A DNA stretch of 64,000 nucleotides from Raillietiella orientalis (lineage: Eukaryota): contig JAYWIR010000074.1 of NCBI GenBank assembly GCA_036172245.1, positions 248,001 to 312,000 of the forward strand. Direction: 5' to 3'. The notes under the pieces are model-generated. The model saw only the letters and a list, made by a program, of their open reading frames with translations. It did no database searches and was not told the origin of the DNA. The translations under genes and the position numbers were made by a program. Positions 38,105-50,530 of this stretch are shown piece by piece (positions within the stretch are counted from its first letter, which is position 1; every line of letters starts with the position of its first letter).

Positions 38105-40300
38105 GTTTTCCAACCGGATAAGCCAGGGATTAGAATACTCAAATTTTACAATAAACTTGAGAATAAAATTCGGTCTTTTTTGTAGTTTTGTTCAGTCATA
38201 ACATGAGGTTCTGATTATCTTGTTTCACTTGTCCATACCGACTTGCAAGCCGATGAGGTCGTCTACACCGACGAAGGAGGCGGGAAAACCAAAAACGAAC
38301 GAAAGAGAGAAAAACGCCGTGAGGAAACAAGTTTTGTGAGGTGGGGATGGAAAGGAAGAGATCAGGTACGCCGCGAGAAGGCCTCTGCATCCAATTTCGG
38401 ATGAGGACAAATGCCATTAAATGTTTTCTTAGCCAACGCCATCGGGAGACCCTCTACATGGAGATGACTGCCCAATGAATTGCATCCGGTTTTGGTGTTC
38501 TCTCCTCGATGGAATCCACTTCTCCAGGTTTCTGCGTATCCAACGAAGAACTGCAATAAACGCGGTAGCTAACAGGGCATTTCGCATCTAGAGGCGACGG
38601 AAAATGTCTTCTCGGTCCCCCACAAAAGTGTTCACAATTGACGAGTGTCGATCCTGCCTTAGGCGTAGGGCTACACATTCGATGAGGACGTGAGGTAAGT
38701 TTTCCCGTACCCCGCACCCTGCACAATTGGCATCCATGTTCCCTGACGCCCACTGAGAGAGATGTGCTCCGCAAAGGAGCACAATGCAGCACTTGCAGCG
38801 CCCTCTTCTGACAATTCAAAAGGGGGATGCCCTTTTTCCAATGCTTTGGAGGCCACTTCACCTCCTCCAGCGGTATTCCGATTAGCTCGCTCCAGCGCAC
38901 AAGTCCATTATGCGGCGCAATCTGGGTTGCAGCATCCGCTAACGACATTATGGTGGGTGAAATCTTACAGGAATTAGAGAAGATCTTTCTCCGAGACTGG
39001 AAGATTTAACCAGTCCGTTGGGAGGTACCGCTCCTTGGACGGAGGTCTCCTGCGCATAAGCACTTCAAATTCAAGCCGGGTACGCTAAGACAGGATGGAT
39101 TCTACTCTTTTTTGTTGACTACTTTCTTGACCATGACTTGGAAGCAAGTCATGATCAAGGAACGTGTGATCCACACTGTCATCCATTTTCGATGCTCTCT
39201 TCAACATGTTAAGCGCGACCACTGTCCCTAAAAGCTCGTTGTGATGTGCTTTTGCTCATAAGGTGCGCCTGACAACAGCGTAAGGTTGAAATCCCCACCT
39301 ATTAGGTTGGCTCTGTGCACAACTGCCTCAGCCAACAATCCGCTCCACAGCGCTCCGAAACACCTTCTGTGTAACTCGCGTTTCTTGCCGTTGGAAGTGT
39401 ATCATTCGTTTACGACGAGCTAAATCCACTCACAGCACTTGAAAATCAGCTAGACACCTAAACCTTTACAGCAGAAGCGCACATCTTTCATGGCTACTAT
39501 GGACAAATAATTTTACCGGCAACGCGACTTCGCAGGTGCTGAGAGAGCAGTGACATCATAGCAGCCGCATCAATACGATCATATGGATCTGCTTAATATG
39601 CTCTGTGAAGATCACGTGAATCACTCACAGAAGATCGAAATGCAAAAGAGTAGCATGTTTTGTTGACAGCTGGGAAGAATAATGGCAGCCTTCAAACACG
39701 AGAGACACACAGACATCCGGGAGCACACTTGAAGTTTCAGAGCACTGGTCAGCCCCTTGCGCTTGTAGGCAGAACGTGAACACGTCTGTGAGTACCTTCG
39801 TGAAGCTACGGCCTAAGAGGTCTCCCACTCCAGTGATGCAGCAGAAACACTCCCATTTCTAAAGAATTCACCTGTTATTGAGCTCCAATAATTAAAAAGA
39901 ACTGCGGTCAAAGGTGTGAAGGAGGCACCTTTGTTCTTTGGTGACGAAGAACAACGTCACACGCCCTTCGGCAAGCCAATTGCAAGCTGTCGAGAGAGCC
40001 CAGGCGCTTTTGCAGTTCAACTTTACAAGCTGCAGCCCTCTTCCCGCAGACAGAATGACTACCTACCACATCCTTGGAGATGTTCCGCTTTCTGAGCCCC
40101 TAGAGGAAGAAGCGAGAAAGAATATGGGATGCCTACCTTGCACAGTACGGAAGGGTTCTTCCCGTCGGTCTCGTACGCCTGCTGATCCTTCGCAAGAAGG
40201 CTGCAGTAGCCGCCCCCGCAAAAGCGCCGTGAACCCTCGCAGGAGCGAGGTACCATTTCGTGAAGGCGATTTTCCTTCTTTCCATACGTTGAGAAAACGG
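38105..40300 (-). mobile_element. Old, internally deleted copy of the main family (ORF1 N-terminus, APE, ORF2 C-terminus, 3' UTR)
   Basis: QAYETDGKNPSVLCKVG (~40.15 kb), VKLNCK (~40.02 kb), NLIGGDFN and SVDHTFLD (~39.3-39.15 kb), GLVRWSELIGIP and CAGCGVRENLPHVLIEC (~38.9-38.67 kb). Degenerate 3' hairpin at ~38110-38130. Confidence 0.75.
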
Positions 40301-42975
40301 AATTCGCTCGTCCTGTTTAGCCGAAGAAGCCGCGTAATCCGGGATCTCAGCCTACAAAGGACCGCAAAAAGCATACAAACTTCACCTGAAGGCACATCTG
40401 CGGTCCGAAAAAAAATACGTCGGTTCGAGGCAGCCCAAGGAGAATTCACTTACGTAATTTACAAAAAGGCGTCTTTTCGCATAGAACCCGGGGACCGAGT
40501 GAGTTGCGAAGGAAACCGTCCGTTCCTAAGGCAAGCTTGCGGGTTGGGGCGAATTGATAATTGCGCCAGGAAGGCGTTTCACCAGCGTGTGATTTGGCTG
40601 GCAGGGTCGTGCACGTGTGTGCTGCTGCGCACCAGCTTGATAGAGACAGTCGCCTTCCGGAAGGCGATAAGGATCACCGATTTGCCTCATGGATTCGCTT
40701 TGCAGAGTGCGCACGCACCTCGCACACCTGGCAGGCAAACGCGCCCGCACTTTGCGCCTGCAGTGCAGACACCCGTGACCGGCGAATCTTGTTTGTGAAG
40801 AACGCAGCCCATCTTTTCTGCGTTGTTGCGCAACAGCGCGAACTGGCACACACGTCCACGGGGAGCAGCTTGCACGTGCCGCCAGCCATGGTCTGATAGG
40901 CGGAGGCCATCTTGTCATCCCGTGAAAATGCTCGCAGCCAATTGTGACTGCATGGGACGATCAGTGAAAGGAAGACAGACGACTCCGTTGGCAAACGCTC
41001 TTGATACCCGACATGTGCGGATCGTGCAAGGACTAGGAGACAGCGATGGAGGGGTACGCGCATAGCTCGTGAGGAGAGGTCAGGGTCCTCGCTACACCCG
41101 TGAGGCTTGGGATACGTCTGACAGACAACTTCAAGATAAACATCGTGCGTCTGCGTTCGGTAGACGTTGTTATCGATATTATCCCTGACTATGGGACTGG
41201 CACTGTGACCCTTTCTTTGGTAAGTGCCAAAACTTGTTCGCAACGGATTACCACATGTCTGTGAGCATGATGGGGACAAAAGACTTTCGTCGGAGCTTTA
41301 AGAGATTCGTGGCTGTGTGCGGCAACAATCATTACGATTTATCTAAGAAATGCGCGCTCCTTTTGCAAAAAATGTTTTGCTCCACTCTTCTTTACAGAGA
41401 CATACAGAATACGAACACACCGTCGGAGGACGTTGCATTTGATGCCATCCACGAATATAGCACCGAGTTCTAGCAAACATGAGAACCGAAAATAGCAAAC
41501 AGGGAGCACAAGAGAACAAAAATTTGTAAGCGTGTGTTATCTCATCACGAACCTACTCTCTCTCTTGGCCCTTCGTGACGAAAGCGTTTCTGAAGAAACC
41601 GTGATCTGCACAAGTCTGTAAGCCACGAACGTCATCCTGCCTACATTGTGAGTTAGGAATTATTCTTCTTCTTCCGTACGCGGTTTTCGCTTCTCAGGGA
41701 AATACAAGAAAGCGTTCGAGTGTGGAACATTGCATACGCATATCCTGCAGAATTCGGTTGATGGAATAGCTCCGCTGCTGTTGCTGCTATCTTCAACGCA
41801 GAGAAGTGCAGGAGACGTCTTCGGCGGAACCGCTGGATCCACACAGAATGCAAATCCTGGCTTTGGGGCGTTCAACATTCCAGAAAGATTTCCTATTGTG
41901 AAAGGCTCTCAAAAATGCTTTCGAGGACTAGTGCAGTTGTTCGCGTTTTAATGCCTTTTCCAGAGATGCACCTGTCTTCGGCAGTGCGAACCTGTGAACT
42001 TACCTCGCTGCTAGAATTATCTTGCTGCACGAAAGCGTGTTTCTCTGATTTCGATTAAAACAGAGGGCTCCGTTCGCAAGGATCGCGATCTTCTTTCCGG
42101 CGTCGGTCGGTTTCTCATTCAAGCAATTTCCCAATGTAGATTTGTGGAAAACACAGCGACACCGTGGCTGCATGCAGTCAAGATCCTGCGTAGGCAGCAG
42201 ACGCCCGATAAAATAATAACGGTTATTTGCTCCGCTGCCTCACGTAACGAGCCACGTACTCCAAGTCCTTAAGCATGACGATTTGTCCTCGATTACCGGC
42301 ATGCCGATGTCTCCTTGCGCCCTCGAATTCCACTTTACCTCAAGACTTTTCCGCTTTAGATGAACTACGGTGTCTTTCATCTACGAGTGCACATTACTGC
42401 TTTTTTTTCTCTTCCGTATCCATTTTGAAGGAACCCAAGAATATCGGATACTGCGATACGGAAACTCAATACGATGGCTCCATTTCAACGCGATGCACAG
42501 ATTACGGAGCGGCGACCTTCACGATAGATGCCGCTAAGAGGGATGTTCTCTGGGATAAAAGTACTCTGCAGTCTTCCCCTTAGGAGGAGCGCACTCATCC
42601 GATCGATTGCGAAAGCTGTAAGGCGCACAAATGTAACAGCGTACACTGAACGGAGAATCGACGTCGACACAGCAAAACCAAAAAGGGTTGACTCTTTGGA
42701 ATTCCAACTTTAGCTGAAGCAGCGGTTTTTTTGGGAGCAAGCGCCCGACCAGGGTGTATGGACGCTTCTTTCAAGCGTAGTATCGTAGTGGTGGTCACCG
42801 TTTCTTCTTCACCAGTGTGCAGAAGATGCCATCCTCGCGTGAAACCACATACAGCATCGAATACTATGCTGCACTCGCCACTCGAGAATGACGAGAGAAC
42901 CCATCGGAGACTACTTAACTCAAAAGGACGTATGCTGACATATCCGATAGGTTCTTACCTTGAAATCGAAAACGA

Positions 42976-43140
42976 CTATCCCGCCACGGCGCGCTCAATG
43001 GCGACGTCATCGAGCGTAAGATGGATGACGGACGCCTCCGCGTCGCTCTTCTCCTTGTTGACTTTCTCAACAGAGGGTTGAGCAGTGGAAGAAGCGAGTT
43101 TCATTGTGCCGCGTACGCTGATGGCGGGAAATTGCTCAAC
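42976..43140 (-). mobile_element. Late-ORF1 fragment
   Basis: QPSVEKVNKEKSDAEAS...LDDVAIERAV matches QPSVDKDNKERSEAAAS...LDDVAFERAV at ~58.0 kb. Confidence 0.85.
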
Positions 43141-43149
43141 GAAGACGCT

Positions 43150-44110
43150 GAACGGACGTGTTCTGTGTTGCTCGAGGAGCTCGATTCCTTTTCGTCTTCT
43201 GTGCTTGTGGTGTGCCCACGTGCGTTCGCTAGAATGTTCACGGCACCCGTGCCGGAGAAGATGGATGTGGAGACTGCAGCGGGCAACGGAGTTTCTACCC
43301 CGGATGTTCATCCCGTTTCTGATGCCTATGTCTCGCAACCGGAGAGAAGCCTCGCCACCGTCGTCAAGGCGACGGCAGCAAACCGAGCACCGCCAGACGA
43401 AGCGAAGCTGCAGGCATATGCATCTAATGGCCACAAGAATGCTCTCTGCTATTCGATGAGTGCTTCTATCTACGACGTGGTCGGAGAAATTCTCTAAGAC
43501 GAGCTTTTGCGCGTCGGGTCCCGGCAGGACGACCTCCTGGCAGTCATGCCGGTTAACGCGCAAGGACTCTAAAAGGTGCACTTCAAAGGAGCATCCCTAG
43601 TCCAGCGCCTTCTCCGCACCCCGCTTAACATACGAGGGAAGGAGTTGGACCCGTCGGCCATGGACCAGTCGTTCGTGGTTCGATTGTCCGCAGTCAAGGT
43701 GGACACGCCCGATCGCGTGCTCGTCGCTGCACTTAGTGCATTCGCCACGGTGCACGCGCTGTGGAGAGCAGACAATCCGATCATAAGGATTGCATCTCTC
43801 CACAGCAGACTTGCCATGGCGCGAGTCACCATAGCAGATCGGAGGGACATGCCTACGCAATTGAAGATGGGCGATGCGATCGTCCACCTTAAATTTGCCG
43901 GTCAGCGACCGGCTTGCGGCATTAGCGGCGCAGAGGGCCACCTTCCGTGGACGTGAACTTCTCGCAACTGCCGCTATGGCAAACTGCTCGGCCACTCCAT
44001 TAAAGAGTGAGCCGAGCTGAAGCGCAAACGGCAGGCGAGAAACCACTAACAATTGACCCCGTTCGAACCGAAAAGATCCCCCGTTGTGCCACGGGTGAAA
44101 TCCTGCGCGA
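43150..44110 (+). mobile_element. 5' UTR and ORF1 N-terminal half including degenerate knuckles
   Basis: GGACGTGT at 43154-43161; AKLQAY, LVQRLLRTPL, FATVHALW, CGISGAEGH, CRYGKLLGHSIKE. Confidence 0.85.
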
Positions 44111-44119
44111 AGGGCGGGC

Positions 44120-45141
44120 CCTCATCGAGTGGCAGTCCCGCAAAAAATAGCGCGGTTGCTTCGGGGAAGTCACCATCCTAGACAGCCGCGCAGACGGTAA
44201 AAATGCCATGCAGCCCTGGGGGCAAATCGTCCCCTTCGATGCAGCCCAAGAGTGCGACCACGCACTTAATGAAGGCTGCTGAACCGTATGCGTCCGTTTC
44301 CGCGTCCAGGGAAAAACATGGGAAACTGTGCATGGACGCCCTCGGAATTGCCTCTGAAAGTTCGTGTCCCACAAATGCCGCGGTGATCTTTTATTCTCTT
44401 TGACTTCGCTTTGCACATGAAATCATGTTCTGGGGAAGAAAAGGTTAGCCTCAGTACTTCGCCCAGAAACAGCATAAGTATGCTCCGGGCTAAGAACGGA
44501 TTCGGCTACCTGTCCTAGCCGCGCAGCCCACAGTTTCGCGAACAACTTGACGTCCGTGTTCTTGACTGTGATCGGACGTCAGTTGTTCAACTTGGGGAGG
44601 TATCCTTCCTTAGGAAGCAGCCTCATCCTAGCTGACTGCAACGAGGCGGGATCATCGCCTATATCCCGGATCAGCTGTGTCAACTTATGCACCAAGGGGG
44701 TAAACTCTGCGGCGAAGCTTTGAAAAAACTTCGCAAGCAGGCTGTCCTCTTCTGGTACCTCCCGCCTCTACAGTCCTTTTATTGCGGTGAAGATTTCATT
44801 GCTAGTCAAAGGCTCGACGAGGCTTCCCTACTCTTCCTCTCCTACGGCCGGGGCTCCTTAGAACCCAGGCCATAGGAGAGGAAGAGAGCAGCAGTCGCGA
44901 GGCGTCCCGCTTTGAAAGCTCCCTGACGTACAGGGAGGAATAAAATTTTTTGATGTGTCGAATCGCGGCAAAACCGAGTGTTCCCTGTCCTAGTCGTCCA
45001 GCAGGATTGAGGCCCACACTGTTAGGCTCGGCGCTTAGCCCCGGCTCGGTACTCGGCCAAGCGACGGACGTTGGTGATCCTCGCTTAACGACAGGTGTAT
45101 GAATACGCTTTTTCGTTGCGAGTACCTACCCCAATTCCGGC
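44120..45141 (-). mobile_element. Linker and RT N-terminal fragment (45141-44400), followed by a decayed APE-like scrap (44400-44120)
   Basis: GIGVGTRNEKAYSYTCR*, ARMRLLPKEG, NTDVKLFAKLWAARLG, SPEHTYAVSGRS. Then TVSHVF. Confidence 0.8.
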
Positions 45142-47224
45142 TCGTCAAGAGCGGACGTGTTTTTCCGTAGCTCCCTCAGCGAGCCTTGAGGAGAGTTTCC
45201 TTAACGAGTGTTTGTGATTTTTAACATCGCCGGTGTCCGATGCCTACGATGCCATAGGACATCGCAATGGGAGTAGGTGTGGGGTAGGCTAGTTCACCCA
45301 CAGAGCCTACTGGATCAGGGGCATCCGCTCCGGAATCGTCCCCGCCGAACCAGGCGAGGACTTGGAGTGCCATGGTGGCAGCGCCCAGCGCCTAAGCCTT
45401 GGCAGACCAGATGGCCTATCGGGCAGCACTGTACAAACCCTCGCTGGTATACCAGGTAGGGTTGTTTGATCCATTCTTTGATAGGCTTACTGAACGCGCA
45501 TTTACCAAGGCGCTGCAAGCCGCGATTGTCAGAGAACAAGATCTCGATGCGCTCTCCGTCCTCAGCGGCGGTAAGCGGGTCGACGTTGTATGCAAAGACA
45601 CCACCTTGACCCAACTCCTGATCACCGGCCCCCTGATCGTTGATAGACGCAAGAACTTGTCAGTGACCATGGACCGCTCCGTAGCTGTCCGTCTCTTCGG
45701 AATCACCAGCGGAATGACTTGCTTCCCAGTTGGTGATGAGTTAAAAAAACATGAAGAAGTGCTTGCGTAGTGGCCGAAGCCAACAATTTTCGAAGGTTAT
45801 TATGGTCTTTTCGGTGGCCAGGCTGCAACGCCTGTCACGGTAAAAGAGGGAGGTGGCTTACCTTACAAATTAAAGGTCGCAAATGAACCCGTTGACCTCT
45901 GCTCACGTACCAGAGTAACGGGGTTTCCCCACGTACCAAACCCCGTTACTGTGAATACTGCAATGCAGTAGGACAATTGCGCAAGCGGTGCCCGAACATT
46001 GTGGGCGTCTTGTGCGTGTTTACGGGACACGTTCGTCGTGTGTTCCGTAAACGCCTTACACCGGTTCCGCATGCTACCAAAAAAGCGCAGGCTAAAATAG
46101 CAAAGTTCGAAAGACCGCAACGGAAAACTGGCAGGATCCAGCCGCTATCTCCTCTTCTTAATAAACAGGCGTCGGAAGAAAAAACTCCAAAGGACGCAGA
46201 AGTGGAGTAGTGATGGAAGCAGGTTAAACAAAGGAAAGACCCCAAAAAGGAACTTAGAAAAAGCAAGGAAAAAAAGGCGGAGAAAACGACGGACGGGAAG
46301 GCGAAAAAACTTGCTCCGCTCTCAAAAACCGTCCGCGAGTGCACGGTAGCACTGGGGCGCGTCAGCGTTCTTGAGGATGCCACCCGGGGCGACCAGCCTC
46401 CCCTCACCGTTTCCGTCGTGCCCGAAGCTCGCGACGGCGAACCCTCTGTGCAAACAGAGGGTGAGCCGCGCGGTGCGCCGGTCGATACCGGGGACGCCGC
46501 GTTCGCAAAGGCGGCGGAGCAGCTCGCGGCCACACTGGCGGAACGTAAGAACCCCTCACGCAAGGCCGTGTGAAGGCCGGCTGCAGCCAAAAACGCCCCC
46601 GCAGATGAGTGCGACCTAAGGCTGGAAGCACATCCTCTTCTTCGGAGGCACCTCCCAGGAAATCGGCACGCAAGGCCCAGAAGCCCAGGAGGCGTCTCCC
46701 CTCCACCAACGAGGTGGAGAAGACGGAAGCCGTCGACACCGTGGGAACTCCGGAGGAAGAATTCCCACGTTCGGAAGCCCTGGAGCAGGCAACCCCCACG
46801 GAAGAAGCTGAGTAGGAGGGTGAAGTCCCCTCTGCAGTCGCCGACCCGAAACAGCCCACCCCCATGGAGGAGGGTTAACAGGTAGGCGCGACCCCACCTT
46901 CGAGTGACCCGCTCGGCGCGCCGTTACCCATGTAGGAGGGGAACTAGGAACCTTCAGCACCAGACCCTCCTCCACCACATAGCGTCCCGCCCCAGCAGTT
47001 GTTGAACGCCGCAACATCATTTTCCCAGAGTTAACACCTGGGCCTGCCACTCGCCTTCCGATTCACGCAGCCTGTTGGAATGTCAACGGTCTGGGCGACG
47101 ACGGAAACAGGCGAGATACAACGACACCCTGCGTGAGCTCGACCAGGTCCTCCTGCAGGAAATCCAGGTATTCACCGTGGCAGAAGTCCAGAAGTTCGAA
47201 TCGATCGCGAAGGGTCGGTTGTTT
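45142..47224 (+). mobile_element. 5' arm (5' UTR, ORF1, start of APE), same ORF1 subtype as copy F
   Basis: GGACGTGT at 45153-45160; EQDLDALSVLSGGKRVDVVCKD; TAACA at 47032-47036; ACWNVNGL, LLQEIQ. Confidence 0.9.
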
Positions 47225-50200
47225 ATCAACCTGGTGGGCCGGGGCGTTTATTAAAAACTATCCGGCAACACAGTTCCTGCACAAAGGGAAAAACCAGAGA
47301 CGAAGGGGGTGGGATCTCCGACACGCAGGACTGTATGCCAAAAGTCCGGAACGGGAGGGAGGGGACCACAAATACACTACTATAAAACATAAAAAGAAAA
47401 ACAAGGAGGGAAGGGAACAGGGGTCTTTGGTGAGTCCGTTCCTTCCTTTCAGAACCGACGATGGATGCCGGCGATCTCTCTCCTCACGCTATCTGGTAGG
47501 TGGTCCTACTCGGGAGCCGACGACATGCTTGCCCTGCCTAATCCGGTTGGCTGGCGAAGGATGGCCAGCTTCTCCAACTCTCGGTGGAACTTGTCGATGG
47601 CGCGGGTGAAACACACGGCTGTAACGACAGCAGCCAAAGACAGCCCGCCTGCCGTGAAGAAGCGGCGCATCAAGTCTCTTGCGGTGTCCCTCTGGTGCAG
47701 AAGCGCTAAGGCCAGCCGCCGCTACAGTTTTAGAAGGGCACCACAGTCCAGCAGCAGATACGGGAGCGATTCCACTTCCCCGCACAGCTTAAAGTTTGGG
47801 GAGACGACTCCCCCGGAAACAAGGTTCGCGCGCTGGTTGGAGTGAACACCGCAATGCACAATCATGATTCCGTCCTGCTTCAACGAAAGAGGGAACGCAG
47901 AAGTGTTCAAACAGGAGGGAGGGACCACAAGTTCTTTGGAACCACACTCAAGTGTTTACTCCACCGAAGGAGTCCCTTCGGAACGTGGAACGGCGTGGCG
48001 GAGTCTGCCAGCTCGCAAGTCCTCCAGCCGCCAATAGGTCGCGTTGTTCCTGCGATAGTGCATGCGACCTCCCATCTCGCCGGTTCGCAACTGTCATCTC
48101 TTGCCCTGAGGGCTGACAGTGCATCGGGGAGGGAGGTAAGGGCCAGGCGGGTCCATTTCTCCTGCCTGTTGCACACCTCATTCACCGTACAGTGCGGAAA
48201 TAGGTGAGCGCAACGGAGTTCCTGGAGGGAAACATCCTGGTGCTTTGCCCAGCCATGCAACGGTTCCTGCCGCCATTCTTCAAAGTTCGTTGGGAGCCAG
48301 GAGATACATTCCTGGGCTTCCAGGAGCAGGTAGAGCGGTTTCAAGGGGAAACCGAAGCTTCTCGTGACGCGCTCCGTGTGCGGCCGCAGCGAAGAAGCCC
48401 ATCTTTGCTTGTGCAGCGCCGCAGAAGCAAGCGCGCGGGAGCGCACTACGGAGTGGACCAAAGGTTGGCACACATACCCAACATCCCAAGTTGCACCTGC
48501 AACTTCATTCTCTCCAGCGTCAGGATGCCTAAGCCAGCATTTGGACGCGCAGCCGACAAGTCCTTGACACGGATCCGGGACCTGGCAGGTCCCCACAGAG
48601 TGTTATTAAATAGGCTGTGCGCCTGGTGCTTGGCCGAGTAGGGATAAGCAAACTAAAACCAATGGACGCAAGAGGGGGGAAAGGAAGGTGTTCCATATCG
48701 CGGACCGCTCCGGCAGGACGAATCTGTCATGGTGGAACGGGCTCAGAGCACTTATCGCCTTCCGTAGTTAGTCCGACCACACTCCCTCTGGGCTGATATT
48801 TCCCAGCGTAACGACAGATATTGGGTGGACGGAGCGGTCGGGATCCCCAGGCCGATCCAGTCGGACTGCTTCCCCACGCCGCACCAATAGGTACGAGCAC
48901 CCTCTTGCTCCGGTTTACACTCATGCCCGCTCCCAGGCGAATCAGTTCGAAGAAATCCTCAAGACCGGACGCCAAGGTGTTCATGGGTAAAACGAGAAGC
49001 AGGTCGTTAGCATAGGCCGTCAAGGACGGCGTTCCTGGACAAGAGCTCGGCAGGTTCGCCTGCGTTAGCCTGTACGCCCTCAGCACCAACTCAAACAAGA
49101 TGCTGAAGAGCAACGAGCTAGGACTGTCTACCTTTCGGATCTCACGCCGGACCTGCACGCCGTGCACGGTCTGCACGCTGAAAGAAACGTTGATGCACGC
49201 GTCACGGCAGCCGGAGCGCAGATAGGCTAGTAATTAGGCCGGGAAGCCCAAGCGTTCCAGAAGCTCCACAAGGACATTCTGGTCGACGCAATCGACTGCT
49301 TTCCTCAAGTCGATTGCGACCGCAAGGGCTCCCTCCTCCACCCGACCATCCGACCCTTTGCCGGCGCACGCACCAGTGTTTTAGCTGCGCACCAAGCTCT
49401 TTTCTTGTTGGAGCTCTAGCCAGGTGGAAGCGTGGAAGAGGTTCATCTCCATGCTTCGCCCGGGAACAGCATATGTCTGTTCCGGGCTGATCCAGATGTT
49501 GGCGACTTTTCTCAACCGCTCTGCCGAAACCTTAGCTATCAGCTTGGCGTCCGCATTCACTATTGTGATGGGACGCCAGTTGTTCATGCTCCTCAGATCT
49601 CCTCCCTTAGGGAGGAGCCGCACCTATGCCGAACGAAACGAGGCGGGAACGTCACCGGTCTTGCATATCAGCAAGGTGAGTTGTTGTACCAGGGGGGTAA
49701 GCTCAGCCGCGAAAGTTTGGTAGAACTCCGCGTGCAGGCCGTCTTCTGCTGGAGTCTTGCGCCTCTTGAGCATTCCGATGGTCGAGAGGATCTCGTCTAT
49801 TGTGAAAGGCTCGGCGAGGGTCTTTCTCACCTGTTCCCCGATCGCTGGAGCGCCTTGTGAAAGCAGGATTTGTAAGACATGCCTCTCCGTACACGCCCTG
49901 GCATACAGGGAGAAGTAGTATCTCCGTAGCAGGCCGCGGTCTCGGGCGGGTCACGAGTGCTCCTGTCATTGGTCGCCCAGCAAGCTGGACGATGCGGTCT
50001 GCCAGACTTGCATCTCGGCTCCAGCTTTGTATTGCGCCAGCCTGCAAATCTCAGAGGTCCCAGCGTAACCACGGGCCCGCTGATAGGCTCGTTCGTTACG
50101 GACCCCGGTCCCAAAACCCGTAGGTAGGCGGTGCAGGAGGAACTGGTCGCAGAACTCCTGGACCGACCGCTTCAAGCGGTCCCAATCCTGGAGTGTCCGC

Positions 50201-50530
50201 TGCCTGGAGCTCCGTATAAACGTGCGGAGATGTTCCGTCGCGTCCGAGAGCTTCAGTTAGTCCTCTGGGAGACGCCACACTGAGGAGGGGGTCCCCTGTC
50301 GCGCGGATGAATCTGAAGAACTATCGAGCAATGGTCGGACAGCTCGCACGGTAACTTGGTGCGCCTGCCCACGAGAGGGCACAGTTGCTCGTTCAGAAAC
50401 ACGTTGTCGATGCTGCCTTCCATCCCTAATGCACTGATCAGCAATTTTGAGGTGTGCACCGTCATGCACACTTCATTAATCAGGACACGCTCGTTATTGT
50501 GCCCATCTGGTTTCAGGCGAACGTTGAAAT
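47225..50530 (-). mobile_element. Copy K, 3' portion (APE from DFNV, RT, C-terminus, 3' UTR), subfamily 2
   Basis: DFNVRL, LSDH, NWRPITIVNADAKL, AYANDLL, CGEVESLPYLLLDC. 3' motif at 47229-47252. Confidence 0.92.
50520..50530. repeat. Target-site duplication, copy 1 (AACGTTGAAAT)
   Basis: Identical 11-mer at 57052-57062. The pair flanks insert L and removing it rejoins the APE motif GDFNV of copy K. Confidence 0.88.

Noticed and set aside
39938..41279. 286-aa (+) and 201-aa (-) ORFs as genes
   Set aside because: The first overlaps an antisense ORF1 relic, and neither has a recognisable domain.
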